A stretch of DNA of 56,812 bases, the filler included, from Sphacelaria rigidula (taxonomy: Eukaryota), in the NCBI GenBank assembly GCA_964200075.2. It is 6 parts of 6 records of this genome, joined end to end, with 100 filler letters (N's around TTAATTAATTAA, not from the genome) between each part and the next. Parts side by side here need not be neighbours in the genome. Positions count along the whole stretch, not along the records: positions 1 to 9,386 come from CAXNAA020008615.1; positions 9,487 to 18,872 come from CAXNAA020008616.1; 4 more parts are not named here. The stretch is one strand, 5' to 3'. Each line of letters begins with the position of its first letter. Position 1 is the stretch's first letter. This document shows, piece after piece, positions 1-13,299 of this stretch. The notes below the pieces were generated by a model. That model made no database searches. It saw only the letters and a program-made list of their open reading frames with translations, and was not told the DNA's origin. A program made the position numbers and the translations under genes.

Positions 1-1817
1 TGAGAGTACATCCCCCCCCCCCTACCACAATAAACCCCTGCCACCAGCAACTGCCCCTCGATAGCATTCGGGTCTATATAGTTTATTGCTTCTACAGTAA
101 CCGCAGAAGGTGCCAAAGTAGGCGAGGGGGGGGGGAATGGGGGCATCGCTCCAGCTTAAAGCCCTCCGGTACTCACAGCTGCGCGATACCCGGAGAGCAA
201 AAACTCTTCCTCACCCCGTTCAACCATGGTCAAATGCTGCTGCACCCCAATTGAGTAAACCTTACCTGTCTCTTCGCTCCTGCCAAGCAAACGCCCATGT
301 ACGACCAGCATCCATCTACGCCGACAGGGAAAAAACATTCCCCCAAAAACTTGGCGGGCTGTCGGCGGATAACATTTCGGAATGAAATCCATGGGGGCGT
401 TCGAAGGTTTCACTTATTGAGCGTGAAGCCTCGTTTGCGGTACAATTTTTCGGCTCATAGTCCAGGAGAACATTTGCGCCAGGGGGTGAGGCTAATGGTG
501 GGAGTTTCGAGGTCATGTCGGAATTATAATGATACCAAGATATTCCTAGTTTAGCGATCTCCTTACGTAGCATCAGAATGGAGCATACCTTGAAATTTTG
601 GCGCTAAGACCATTTTTTTTGTTGACCAATACCGAATCTGGCGGGACGCCAATCTGTGGCCAATCGGGGGGACGCAGATTCGCGAAACTTGAATCCGTGT
701 GTGTACCTTATTATGACTTCACAGATTTGTTGAAGTAGTCCGGCACACGGAGGGTCATTTTCCGCAGGGGTGTGGTATCACAGTAAAGCCGAACAACAGG
801 CGGGCAGTGAGTCATCCTTCAAGAGCAGCGTCGTACTGTAGTACCCTAGGGTATCATGCGGTGCAGTACACTCCACCATCACAACAGTACATGATAATGC
901 CGAGTGGTAAGACATGATGGTACAGTCGACATTGCGAGAACAGTACACAGTGTGTGACAAAAGTTCACGAGTGCATTTCCGTTTATCACCCTGCAAGTAT
1001 AGCGGCAGCAGAGAGTAGGACCGTACAGTACCGTTCGTCATGATGATACGTACAGCAGTGCAGTGCCGCATATTATTACCATCGCCGCAGGGTACGGCGT
1101 CAACACTGCATATCCGCTCGTCAAACCCCGTGCGAAGCTGCTCCTGCAGCTGACACTGGCAGGCACGCGTGCCAATGCTGTCACGAGACTGTCTGCTGCT
1201 GCGGCTGCAAAAGTATCAAACCCCAAGCGAGGCGTCGCAGCACCATACTGACAAGAAAAAAGAAACAAGAAACTGAGAGACAGGGATACGGCCATCGCCT
1301 ACATCGCCGCTGTAGCAGGGCTTGAGCGGTTCGCACGCACGGCGCATGCATGTTTCCACCACGGACGGCAGATCATGACCCACTAAGCGCGGAACACGTC
1401 GAACGCCCGTTGCACAGGCCAAAACAGGGGGCAATTCTGCACGGTTTTTCCATACAAGCCGCACATTGTTTCTCCCTCGACCGTTTCCGGCCGACGTTAT
1501 GATGCCCAGAAAAAAGTCCAATGATGAGCCTGTAGATGAGGATGTGATCCAGGGGCGACGTGGGGCACTTTGCGCTGAAGGGGTCGAAGCCCGACCAAAT
1601 CCGCCGCTGCAGTCATTTTTTTTCAAAAGGATACGGCCGGTGACAAAATAGTATTGTATAATTCGGTGAGGACGAATCGATCTCAATGTTCTCATACGGG
1701 ATAGTCCTGAACACCAGAAATGAGATGGAGTCGTTCGGAAGATCTCGATGACAGAGATTCTCGAATGCACATGGGTTCTCGTTCCTTTTTGTTCCTCAAT
1801 CCCGGAAACACTCGTGT

Positions 1818-1932
1818 CAGAGAGGCAAAGACAGACAGAGACACAGGTGCAGAGAGACAGACACACGGAGGCAGAGAGACAGACACACGGATACACAGAC
1901 ACTTAGAGGAAGAGGCAGAGACAGACACACAG
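1818..1932. repeat. Degenerate (GACA/GAGA)n microsatellite
   Basis: agacagacagagacacaggtgcagagagacagacacac... visible directly. Confidence 0.85.
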
Positions 1933-2624
1933 ATAAGCTGCTTCCTAATCCCTCCGCTCTCCAATGTTTCTCATTTCGGAAGCCGTCGATTTCCCCGCAC
2001 GGTGTAACTTCGGTGCCCACAACCGCCGTTTGAACCCGGCCCGGTTTACTACAAGTACATTGTTACCACTTTGCCCTATCTTGAACTTGAGGTGCGAGAC
2101 GTGGTCTCACCACCCCCGCGCCCCGTCCCGCTTCCGTTTCTCTCGCGTGTTCGTTCTTGTTGTTGTTGTTACTTCGGTTGTGATTTTATCACCAGGTGAC
2201 GAGTGCAGCGAACGAAGTTCGGCTGGGGCAGTTTTTACAGAGTTTCCCTCTCCGAGGTAACGGGGAGTACCACTTTCGCTTCCGAGCGCCGGATCAGATA
2301 TCGGGCTACTGCTGGATGGTGAGAGACGGGTGCTTGACGAGAGCGTGACTGGTATGAAAGTTGGCTACATGAAAATGGTTCACAAGTGCGGAGATGAACG
2401 TGTGTCGGTATCTGCGTTGGTGTGTGTGTCGGCAATCTTGACCTTGCCATAGCGCCTTGGCGAATAAATAGGTCCGGTGTTATAGAGCCCATCAAAGTTC
2501 TGTGGCATGTACTTACTGTGTGGCTTTGGCAGATGAAATGCCGTTCGATGGGTAGCTCGAAACAAGCCAAGAATCAAAAATGGTGTGTACATCACTGTCG
2601 TACGTGTCAACCCCACCTTCCCTT

Positions 2625-2780
2625 GCTCCGTCTCGAAAGGGATGCATGGTCTACGATCAAACGACTGAGGCAAGCAACAAGCCCCCCCCCCCCCCCACGG
2701 TGCTCAGTCTCAAAAGGGATGAGTGATCAATGGTCAAACGACTGAGGCGAGCAACAAATGAGTACGCCCACCCCCCCCCC
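2625..2780 (+). mobile_element. Two tandem 5'-truncated 3' ends of a non-LTR (LINE) retrotransposon
   Basis: gctccgtctcgaaagggatg...ggtcaaacgactgaggcRagcaacaa(atgagtacg) followed by C-runs; same sequence as the LINE terminus at 24879-25010. Confidence 0.85.
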
Positions 2781-2855
2781 GCCCCCCTCTCCTCTGTGTC
2801 CCCGCCGGCCATCGACCACCCCCCTCCTCTGCATGAACTTCGCTCATTGGTACAG

Positions 2856-5800
2856 GATGTGAGCGACTTGTCGGCCGTGCTTCCACGATATGACAACGCC
2901 GTCTGCGCTAAGGCCCTCCGGTTGGACCGCCTTCCGAAGCCGCGATCGTCGCGGCTGCGCAGGAAGGCACCGTACGGAGCCTCGGCGTCAGCTGCTGCTC
3001 AACAGGGAAAGCGGGGAGTGGGCGTGGGCAGCGGTGGCGGGATGGGAGGAGTCAGGAGTCGCCCGGCAGAACAGCCGCAAAAACCAGCCACGAAGGTGAG
3101 GGATGGAGGGAGTAAGAAAATATTGGATACGGGACGGGACAGAGCGGGTGTACGTCAAGAGCGGTGAAAGTCGCTTTTCGACCCCATCGAACGCCGAAAA
3201 TGCCGTCTTTTAAAAACGAATGCCTGATCGTCCCGCGGGCAGTTTGGAGTACGACGATTTATGCGATAGTACCACTTCGTGTGGGGGCCAATGCGTTGCA
3301 AATCAATCACTAGTGCACATGTTGACCCTGTGACAGCATTTTTCGGGTGAATGGACGGCCACGCGGGATAATATCCGCTTGAAATGACCTGCTGGGTGGG
3401 AGGATCCCGGCACACTCTTGAAGATTGTTGGTGCGTGCAGTGTGAGTCTGCGTAAAAAAAACCCCAGAATGTGCACTTTGGTACAAGCCGATGAAAAATG
3501 CCGGACTTGCACCCATTTTTGTGGAAAATCGAGGAGGTTGTTTGTATTGTAGTAGACAAAAGTGCACCACTTTTGTTCTTCTTTGGTCGTTTTTTCCCCT
3601 TTAAGTCAAACTGCACACGCACCAAAAATCGTCAAAATATGCTGGAATCCTCTCAGATGGTACGTACGTACGTTTGAGCAACCCGTTCCGATTTGGCCGT
3701 AAAGTCGCCTGGGCGTGTGTCCGCCCGAAAAATGCCGGGCGAAGGTTCTTGTTGAAATTGTTTTGATCGGTTTCACTTTTTGGCTCCGTAAGAAGTGTGT
3801 TTTTTTGGCTTTTGTATGGCCGCTGAGGGGGTCGAGTCAGACATTTAGCTTGCGGATATTTTTCTGGGGGGAGGGGAAATACTGCATGTGTAGTAGTTAG
3901 TGTCTTTGTGTTGATGGTTGGGTTGGCAAATTGGAGCTTTTGAGGGGTCTATATCACACAGCTTAGCAGTCGCACCTGTTTCTCCCGAAGGTTCCGTGGA
4001 CAGAAGAACAATCCAGTACCGTTGCAGTCATTCAGCCTCATTTGTCTTGTCTGTGTCCGGATCTACTGAGTGACACGCGGCTCCCGTGATGATGTCGGGG
4101 CAGCAGGGTATGTGTGTGCATTTTTGCCACGTGGGGTGCCGCCAGCCTTGACTCCCCACTCTTTTCTTGTAGTGCGGAACCGACCCGATTCTCGTTGGCT
4201 GTATTTTCCCGTACGAGCTGGTTCACGGCTTTTGACCCAAAATGCATTCGTCAGCAAATACCTATCGCAATACCTACCCAAGAGTCGCATACACGATGCC
4301 ATTTTTTTACAGTCATGTACAACTAAAGAAGGTGACATAGCCGCACTTTCGTTCAAGGCCATGGCGATGGCGCTGAGGGAGAAAATGTGCCTCGATCAAT
4401 CAGTGCCCTTAAAATAGTTCTAAACTTGAAAACACGATTTTTCAACACAGTTTCTAGCCAATCTCCACGTGCTTCATTCACATCATAGTAACCGCCATCG
4501 GCTCGAAATCTAACGAGAATATATATGGGATCGAATTATACCCCCAAATCGTCGTATTTCGGCGATATGAGGTTTGGCATCATCAGATTTCCACTGATGG
4601 TATGCGCTGAATACCCACGTTCAACCTACGTTCAGCCCCTCAAACTTGACAGTTCGGTAGGCATCGGTGCTCCAGATGGGAAAACGTACGGTCGCAGATC
4701 ATTTCGAAATTTCTCCGCGGCTTACCGGCTTGCCGGGGTCTTCATGCCGAGACCCCCCGGAAACCGGTACAGAATGATGCGATGGAGTCCTTGTCATGTT
4801 GAGCGTGCCCGAAAAATCGTTTCCACGCTAGAACGAAGTAGTGAGGAGTTCCTACCTTCCGAGTTCACATTATCGCACGAAGGCGCAAAAAGTTTTTGCA
4901 ATTATTAGAGTTTGACCCTGAAAAATTGCACACATATACTACGGGCCCGTTACGAAACTTTCGATGGATATTTTTATTTCGCTCGTTGTAGGGGGGTCCT
5001 ATAAGGGCAAGGCACTGCACTGCCCAGGACGCTGGAACCCCCCTCCCCGATAACCGGCGAAAAGAAAACACCCTTTAAAGGTTTCGTAACGACCCATATA
5101 GTGTGTGCGTGTGTGCAATTTTTTCGGGTTCAGCTTCAAGAAACGGCATGGACATTTTCAGATAAGTACATACTAGGTCATGTACGTGAACCAGCCTGTG
5201 CACCGTGTGCGATCGCCGGGGCAGGGGCAGTGGCACGGTGGTTTGCAGCATGAGAGGCCTCGGAGCGCATCTCCTGCCACGCACCACCATGACATACACG
5301 GTGACATTCGTCGAAATTCCTCCCAGGTGATGACCGATGATGCACCAGAGTCGCCTCGAAATGCGACGCACGGAAGGGGGAAGGAAGTTTCGGGGGAAGG
5401 AGGGGGGGTGGTGGTGGATTATTACTGTAGCAACTTTGCAGTAAGGACGGGCGGGATGGTAATTCTGTGTGAACCCACATGAAAAGTCTACATGTGTTTT
5501 CCCTATGGGTCTTATCGTTGAAAGACTTCTCGCGTCTTGTGCTTGCCATATTAACCGGAGGGCACAACACACGCTCTCGATCCCCCTCTATTTTTGGTCG
5601 ACGGGTAGGTACACTACTCTACGCTGTTGGATCAGATGCACTTCCGACCCCAAGAAGGGCGAGCAGCCTACCGTGATGACGCCAAACTCGTTGCTGTTCA
5701 TTGTTTAATTGAGCCCATGTTTAATGCTCGTTCATTCGCCCCTCCCTCGAAACGAACAGGGTAAGAGCGCAACCCCACCGCACAACCACGCGGGCAGGAA

Positions 5801-8575
5801 ATCCTTCGCGGGTGGCGCAAATGGAGGAGGAAGCTTGGGGAGGGGCCCACCTCCGCCTCCGCCGCCGCCGCCGCCGCCCGCAGGCGACCCTGAAAATCTG
5901 GAGGCGTTTCTTTTTTCGGACTCCCCAGTTCAATCGCCACGGTCTGGCAGAGCTCCATCTGGCAGCGATTTCCAGGTCCGTGGAGCAACCGTAGGGCATT
6001 TTGTTTTTTCTGTTTCCTGTTTTGATGCGTTCATTGAGGGTGGGGAAACAAGGCGAGGAGCGGGAGGGGGGGGGGGAGGCGAAGGAGGATTCAATCGATG
6101 TGTCTCTACACATCTGTGTAGCCTTTCCAAGTTGTCCACAGACATGAGGGGGTAGAAGAGGCGTGTTTTTTGTCTTGCGCGCTTCAGTGTGGGCCGGGAA
6201 GATCGGAGGAGGGGGAGGGGTGGGGTCGGCTCTTACACGGGGGCACTGGGACCACAACTCAGCTGTCGGGGGCAACATATATGCCTGTCCCCGAGGCCGA
6301 AAGCTAGCGCTGCGGGGAGATGCGGTGGTGAAATTTCGAATGCCAAGTGGTGCTGGGGCACGGAGGCGGCGGGGGGGGAACGTACTCATTCGTTGCTTTC
6401 CTTAGTCGTTCGACCCTTCACCACGCATCCCTTTCGAGACGGAGCACCGTCTCGGGCGCAGGAGGGGGGGGGGGAGGCGAGGATATGAAGACGACACGGC
6501 GAGAGTGAAGCTACCCTGAGTGCTTCCATCGGGCACAAAAGTGGCAGCATCATACGTTATACCTGTGTTTTCCCTCGGTGCATCTCCTCCTGTTTCATGT
6601 TTCGTATTTCTTCGTTGTATATACTGCCGCAAGCAGCCTCTCTTCTCGTGTCGGGTTGTGGTGTTTTCATGTGTTTTTGCCCACCTTGTGCTCTGTATGT
6701 CGCTTCCCATGCTCACTCACCACGTCCACCACACCGTGTATCATTTTTTTGCGAACAACACGCCTGAAAGCAGCAGCACTTAGGAAGCAGCAACAGCAGC
6801 AACAACAGCAGCAGCGGCAGCCTAAACGGTGTCAGCGCTGGGAACGCCTCCACAGTCCCCAACCCCTCACCCGCCGCCGCGGGAAGAGCGGGAGGGGACC
6901 TACTCAACTTCGGCAACACCGGCGGCGGCGGGGCGGCGGCCGCGGCCGCGGCAGCTGCAGGGGCAGCGGCCAAGACCGGCCTTGCAGGCTCGGCAAGAGC
7001 ACGAGCAGCACCGGGAGCAGCGGGGTCACCGAGAGCTTGGGGCGTCCGCCCCCCGCAGCCTGGCGGGGGCGCGGGCGATAGGAGTCCTGTCCAGCCGTCG
7101 TCTGTTAACGCCGGCGGGGCGCGGCGGCAGACGATGGCCGGCGCGCCCACTCCCGCGGCGTTCGGGCCGAAGGGCGGTGCTGGTGGTGCGAGGATGAACG
7201 GGCGACCGAACAGCGTACGTAACCGAGTGATGTTGTGAAAGTACACGTGCTGACAAGTTGGGGAGATATAACACGTGTGAAATTGGTCCTGCAGCTATAC
7301 TCTGTCTCGAAAAATTGTCATCCAATCCAACCCAACCCAACGCAACCCAACCCCAACAATATAAGAAAAAGTCCAACCGAACAAATGTCGTCTAAACCGA
7401 ATTTCCGGAGAAAGTTTTTGTCACGAGGTTCAAGACGTCCATACCCCCGTCGCTCGCCCATCTTGGACGTGTGCAATTTGGCAGCATGGGGGAGAGCGAC
7501 ATGGTCCTTAATGGTACGCTTCCTTGTGTTCCGATCACTAGAGGCCTCGTGTGTTTATCATTTTTCACATGTCTCTGGAAGGTGCTGGGTTATGTAGTCG
7601 TGGGCGAGAAAGGCTAGGCGAAGCGGGCGGCAGGGTGGGTTGTACTGCTGCGTCTAGTATTGGGGTGTATGCTCGTCGCGCGCGTTTTGTGTGGTTTTGT
7701 TTGTTGTCCTCGCAATGTTTCCATCATGATGTGGCCCACGGAACACGCGCGCTTCGTCCGGGAACAACGTCGGCATGAGGTTACAGGCAGATCGTGTCCC
7801 CGGAGGCGAATGGACGTACTCATCTGTCGCTTGCTTTGGTCGTTTGACCATTGCAACAGCCATCCCTTTCGAGACGGGGCACCGTTCCTACTCCTAATGG
7901 AGACACCTCCAACGTTTCGGCGCTCACTACGTTAGCTTCTTTTGTACGTGACACAAGAAGCCTTGACGTATCTCATCTCGTTCCTGTTTCGCCGCCTGTG
8001 ACCACCATCTGTCTTCAATTATAGCGATCGTTTCCTCGCTGCTGTCTGACGTATCAAACGATTTCATGCCACCTTTGTTTGCTTCCCGCATTTCCCCCCT
8101 CTAACGCTTCCCGTTCCTTCTCGTGTGGTTCACATTCTGCATACACATATTCGCCCGAGTAGATTTTGTCCACATTTTTTTGTTTTATTTCGCGTATCTT
8201 GTTGTTTCGACTTCTTGAGGGAACTTCCGGGGTGTTCACTGCTATACTAGAGCGTCTACATGAATCAAGTCGGCACTTTCGTTCGTGGTTGCACACGCGT
8301 GGATCAACCGGGAACATGAGTCCGTCGATCGTTATTTGCTGCGTTTCTATATATATATATATATTAATGATGCTTGTCCCGGCGGCTTACTTACTCAATT
8401 TTACTGGGTGCTTTTGTGTATGTTTGTGCAGGTGTCGGGGGGAGCTGCGCCTGATTTGATGAATGTGAATGGGGCAGGTGGTGCCGGGAAAAAGTCTGGG
8501 TACGTGAAGACGAAGATTGAAGATAGGGAGAAGGAGCTGCAGGACAAGCAGGAGGAAGCCAAGAAAGTATTGAAG
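2856..8575 (+). CDS. Internal exons of an intron-rich host gene, possibly auxilin-like/J-domain protein: exons 2856-3095, 5195-5326, 5760-5975, ~6771-7214, 8432-8575
   Basis: Five AG/GT-bounded, all phase-0, open exons (DVSDLSAVLPRYDNAVCAKALRL...; GPPPPPPPPPPPAGDPENLEAFLF; GGDLLNFG; KKSGYVKTKIEDREKELQDKQEEAKKVLK). DLL motifs, low complexity and the start of a coiled coil resemble the region preceding the J domain of auxilin-like proteins. The J domain itself is not in the contig, so the product call is tentative. Confidence 0.6.
6381..6455 (-). mobile_element. LINE 3'-end fragment
   Basis: cgtactcattcgttgctttccttagtcgttcgacc...ccctttcgagacggagcaccgt, the reverse complement of the family tail, flanked by G-runs. 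Confidence 0.85.
7814..8012 (-). mobile_element. LINE 3'-end fragment
   Basis: acgtactcatctgtcgcttgctttggtcgtttgaccattg...gagacggggcaccgttcctactcctaatggagacacctcc; matches 18973-19170 and 24879-25010. Confidence 0.85.
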
Positions 8576-9386
8576 GTAAGTGTATCATCATATACGTTGG
8601 ACGTATGCTTGTTTGCTCAACCGTTTTGCGCGTTTTTTTAGGGAGGCAGGGAGGGAGGGGTGGGTGGGTGGGAGGGGGAAATGAGTGGGGTTGTACAGTG
8701 CACAGCACTGTACGAGTTTTCAGCGCTGTATCCCGTCACGGAATATCCCGATGCATGAGTAAGCGCACTCACAAGTTACTTGCAAGCAGTAGGCGAGTAG
8801 AAGTTGAAAGTTGGGCAAGTGCGTTTGAGGCTGTGCATCTTATTGCGGGAGTGGTCAACACACCCTGTGTGCAACCTCACGGATGTTTCGTCGTGTCATA
8901 CCACAGCGATGATTGATTTTTGATTGAGTAATTGATTGATTGTCGCACTTCAGCTGACCCCCCAGGGGTCCAGGCGTGGTCTCATGATACACGTACCCGA
9001 CAAGAACGAAACCGAAACACGCTCTAAGGAAAAAGAAGGAACAGAACAAAACAAAAATTCGAAACAGAATGACGTAGCAGACGAAGTCGTAACAAAAAAA
9101 AAAAAGTCAACACAAGCAAAGCACAGCGATTTCGCAAACAATATCTCGGAGTCTCTTGACAGCCCAACGTACGGTTATGGAGAGTTGAACCCGAGTTCGT
9201 AGCTCGATTTTGCATTTTGCAAGCCTCTTGGACAGTCATAGAGAAGGGACCAACCGTTTGGATACTGACCAAATGATGTGAGAATGGTTCTTTTCACGAT
9301 AGCCCCCCCCCCCCCCCCCCCCCCCCACCCCCAATGGAAAAAAAATGAGGTAAAACACAAAATCAAAACAAACCCCACCCCTAAAA

Positions 9387-9486
9387 NNNNNNNNNNNNNN
9401 NNNNNNNNNNNNNNNNNNNNNNNNNNNNNNTTAATTAATTAANNNNNNNNNNNNNNNNNNNNNNNNNNNNNNNNNNNNNNNNNNNN
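9387..9486. other. Artificial contig linker (N44-TTAATTAATTAA-N44); also at 18873-18972, 28358-28457, 37843-37942, 47328-47427
   Basis: The identical 100-nt spacer, with stops in all six frames, occurs five times and separates pieces of 9385-9386 bp (size-sorted contig concatenation). Confidence 0.98.
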
Positions 9487-9635
9487 CGTTCAGCGGCCGC
9501 CGCAACTTCTTCTCTTTCTTCGACCGATGGTACGTGGCTAGACTCGCTTCCTGCTGGATTCGTACTACTGGAGGGTTTCGGTGACGGCACATCGTTGAGG
9601 TTCCCCGGGAGTGCGATACTACCCGGGGCGCACCT

Positions 9636-11674
9636 TCAGGTGGTGTGCTCTGCTCCGTCTTCGTGTTCGCTCTCAAATTCGAGTCCGGTAATAGCGGAAA
9701 TCATTTCAAGTTGCTCAGGGGATACCGTGATGCGGCGTCTTTTGTTGGGTTGTTCTGATTCGTCAGCTTGGTGTGTACGTTTCGCGCTTCCTGGTTGTGA
9801 TCGGTATGTCTGAGAGTAAAAGCCCCTCGGTAAGATATTTACCTCGTGTATGTAGGGGCACCGAGGGCGTCTGCACTCTACCCCAAAGGCGTGTCGAAAG
9901 CAAATTCGTGCGTTGCGCAAGAAATCTGTTATCTCCGTACGAGGAGAATCTGGTGAAGGGGGGTTGCTGATCGTAGCCGTGCCCACTTGGCCCTGGGTTG
10001 TAGTTGGTGTGGAACCTCCCTGGTATGTACTTGTGTGCGAGGTGTTATTGAATTGTTGGGTTTTCCCCGAGAACGGTACACCGTGCTGACCCGGAACTGA
10101 GGCGGGTTGGTTGGAAAAGGCTGCTACTGTGTTGTGACAACTCAAGGTAGGATTTCCCGTCTGGCACGTAGGAGCGCAGTGATGACATGATAGGTTTGGC
10201 GATTGCCATATACTTTGTTGGGAATTAGAGCAGATGGTCGGGTTTGGTTGTATGTTTACGCTGCCTACGTTGCATGCTGCTATCGCGTGGTGTCTGGCAA
10301 GGAGTGCCTTTTCCAGATCTTGTTTCGACTGTCCCATGAGAGCGCGAAGTTCAGCGATGGACGCTGCGCGGGACGTATTGCGTGAGGTAGGCTTGGTGGT
10401 GGATGTTGAGTCTAGGTACGCAGTGCTTCTGTTTCCCAACAGCTTCACAAAGTCGAAGAAAATTCTCTCAGCTACATTCCCTCTGTTCGCCATTCTTGCT
10501 CCCAACGGATCTTGTGCTTCTACCCGCAAGGGTCGTAGTTCTAGTGACACTCTCATCACCTGGTGGTGCATGATCGATTGCAGGCTAGACTGATCCAGGG
10601 CAGAGGGGATGAGTAGTCTGAGAGCTCGTTCAATTAGATCATTGAGGTGAGATTCGGAAATATATCTCCAAAAATAGATCTCTTCGGATGCATGAGGCAT
10701 TTCAGAGTCTACAGTGAAGGCCCTGTAGAGCAACACTAAGCGGCGTGCGGCGGCCGACCAAGCTTCCCCTTGTTTGATCGTTATGTTATCTAGGGCGAGT
10801 CGCGCGACCTCTGTTGCTCCGGGTTGGAGGGCGGATTCCCGTACTAATTTACGGAGCCATTCTGTTACTGAGACTTCGTCGGGTTGTAGTGTTATGAATG
10901 ACCCGTGTATGGTGGGGACTTCCACAGCTCTACCACTTTGTAGTTCGTCGTGAGTGCCTAGATAGTCTGCCAGTAGTTCGCTAAGTAGCTCTATACGGGA
11001 AGACGACATCCCATCCGGAAGTGGGCGGTAAACTCCGGTTTGAGTGTTGGTGTCATTGGGGAGGGCCCATATCCCTTGGTCCATATTTCTGAGAGTCTTA
11101 GCCAGCTTGTCGCAGCGAATATAACTGCGCATGTAGTGTGAGATGTTTCTACTTCGCCCCCACCTAGTCCGACAAAAACCGGTTCCGAAGCATTTCCTAG
11201 CTTACTGTGTATGCGGCGGATGGCTTTACTGCGTGCGTCTGGAGATAGTTTATGGTTGTACGTCATACCTGGGGTCCCTTGTGAGGTGACGGTGGCACCC
11301 TGCTGGAGTACCTGTTGTTGTGCCGACGACCCGCCTCCCTGGTTGGCTGTGGTTACTGGTACGGTTGGTGGTTGCGCATACCCCTGGTGGTGCTGGTTAG
11401 CAGCTTGTGGATAAGGGCGTGGTGGGGGTGGAGGCGGCACTACATTTCCTTGTTGTGGATGGGACACTCCCTGTGCTGGTTGTTGTTGGGGAGGAGGGTA
11501 AGGAGCAGGGGCACCCTGTTGTCCTACGGGGGCGACATACCAACCACCACTGGCAGGCGGGGGAAGTGGTTGAGCTGCCGGGGCCGGTATTTGGACCGGT
11601 TGAGCCTGGGGGGGTGCGTGCTGGTAGGCTCCCCCCACTTGTCCGATCGCAGCGGCATGCGCGTACATGTTCAT
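9636..11674 (-). pseudogene. gag: Gag-like ORF of Ty3/Gypsy LTR retrotransposon (P/Q-rich N-terminus, C-terminal CCCH finger), one frameshift at ~11110
   Basis: ORFs 10991-11674 and 9636-11132 join into one protein collinear with 53985-55670 (VPTIHGSFITL..EWLRKL..ALDNITIKQGEAWSAAARRLVLL..SEMPHASEEIYFW vs VPGVTGNFIRV..EWLRKL..ALHNMKLPKNESYVAAAHWLILL..ASPHLAEGEYF*). Contains CFRHAFGVECRRPRCPYIH. The homologous C-terminus in contig 6 directly precedes an aspartic protease. Confidence 0.8.
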
Positions 11675-13299
11675 GCTTACCTGTCGTGAATAGCGTGAGG
11701 ATGTGCGTATGGTTTTTCAGTGCATGAGTGTGTATGCTACGCATGCTCAGAGTGGTTGTTACCTGAATCTATGTCGAGGGTGTACCGCCCGGTGTAGGAG
11801 ACGTCGGTAAAAAAAACAAGAGTAAGTACGGACTGATAATAAACCAAGTGGCAGTTACTCGCTATTTTGTTGAGCTGCTCAAATCAAATGACCCAAGACT
11901 TCGTCTGAAAGAAAAAAATGAATATTGACAACACAAACTAATATTAGCAACACTTGGATCCCCGTCGGCACTTACCCAGCAGGTGAAGTATACCTTGAGT
12001 TTATGTTGGGCGTGACTCGACGTACAAAAATGCGGGGGAAAAAAAGAAGGAGAAAAAAAAATGGGGCTGAAGAACAAATGTGTAAAAGCCAATGAAGAGA
12101 AAAGGAAAAAAATATATGAAACGCTGGTTGATGGTCGCTTGCGATTAAACGATCCTGCATGACGATTTATTTTGTGCGGGACATGAGCCTTTCCCCTTTT
12201 TTCGTTTTCTTTTTGGTATCTGTAGTCAGTTGACTGGGTTGTTGATACATAATGTTGTCATGTTAGATGATAATATTGATTGGCATTTCAGGGTTGTTGT
12301 TGATGGAGTGAGTGAGCATCGTTTTCCATCAGAGGTTGTTACCTGTCTGATCCGGGGTGAACAAATGCTGGGGAACCTGTTTTGTTACCGATCATGCGTA
12401 AAAGTAAAAAATAAAAAGGACTGGGCTCATGTCTCGCATAAAAAAACTTCATGAGTTCCGAATAGTCTCGCCAGTTGTCCATGTATCAGCGGTTCGGGTC
12501 ATAGTGTGCGCGGAGAATTTGCGCGCGGGGCGTCATTTACGTTAGGGGGTACGGAGTGATCAAGTGTGGCTGTAGTCCAGAGTCGTGCGGGTCAGTAACC
12601 CGTGTATTACCGCTGATCGGACCTTACATCGATGGTGGGGATCTCTGCGCATTGCCCGTTGTTTCGTGTAGTTCATCGATGGGCGGAGGGCATATATATT
12701 TAAAACTACAATTAAACTCTCCCATGAAAAGTGTGGCGTGGGAGTCGCTTGTGGACAAACAGGGACGGATGTCGCGTTTTTCTTTTTTCCTGCGGTCTAA
12801 AACAAAAGCAATTTCCACTGGTGGCGGCTGTAGTTAATTCGCGCATTGCATGTGTGATGTGTTTCGGGGTGTGTAAGAATAGTTCATGTTGATGAAAATC
12901 CCAAGTGTGTATCGTATAAATATCATGCATAGGTTACACGTCAGGTCTACCTCAGTGTAGTTTTATACGAAAGTTGATCGAGGCCGCCACCCGGGGAAAC
13001 ATATTTCATTGACTCGCACAAAAGAAAGAAAAACGTGCATTCGTTGTGTTCGGTCCAACCTAGCAACCCGCTGATTTACATATGCCTGGGTAGGGTTCTA
13101 GTTTTCAGGCTCTCGGTACAATATCCCAAAATCTACTGTGTTCGTACAGCTCTTACCCTGCTGCGCTGTATTATGTGTGTAATCTATCGTTGCACCCCAC
13201 CTGTTTGACTTGCCCGTGTTTGCTGATGTGAAGCGCATTGTTTCGTGGTATCAAGTCGCATGCATGTATCGAGTGCTTTACAGACCGTCTGCGGGGGAA

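Noticed and set aside
9431-9442. TTAATTAATTAA palindrome recurring every ~9.5 kb
   Set aside because: Artificial linker within N-runs. Adjacency across linkers has no biological meaning (e.g. RT/RNase H at 46418-47200 next to protease at 47428).
11095-11135. Overlap of two gag ORFs as a programmed frameshift
   Set aside because: The homolog in contig 6 is continuous across this point (SAVLFANHFRTTL) and no slippery site is evident; likely mutation or sequencing error.
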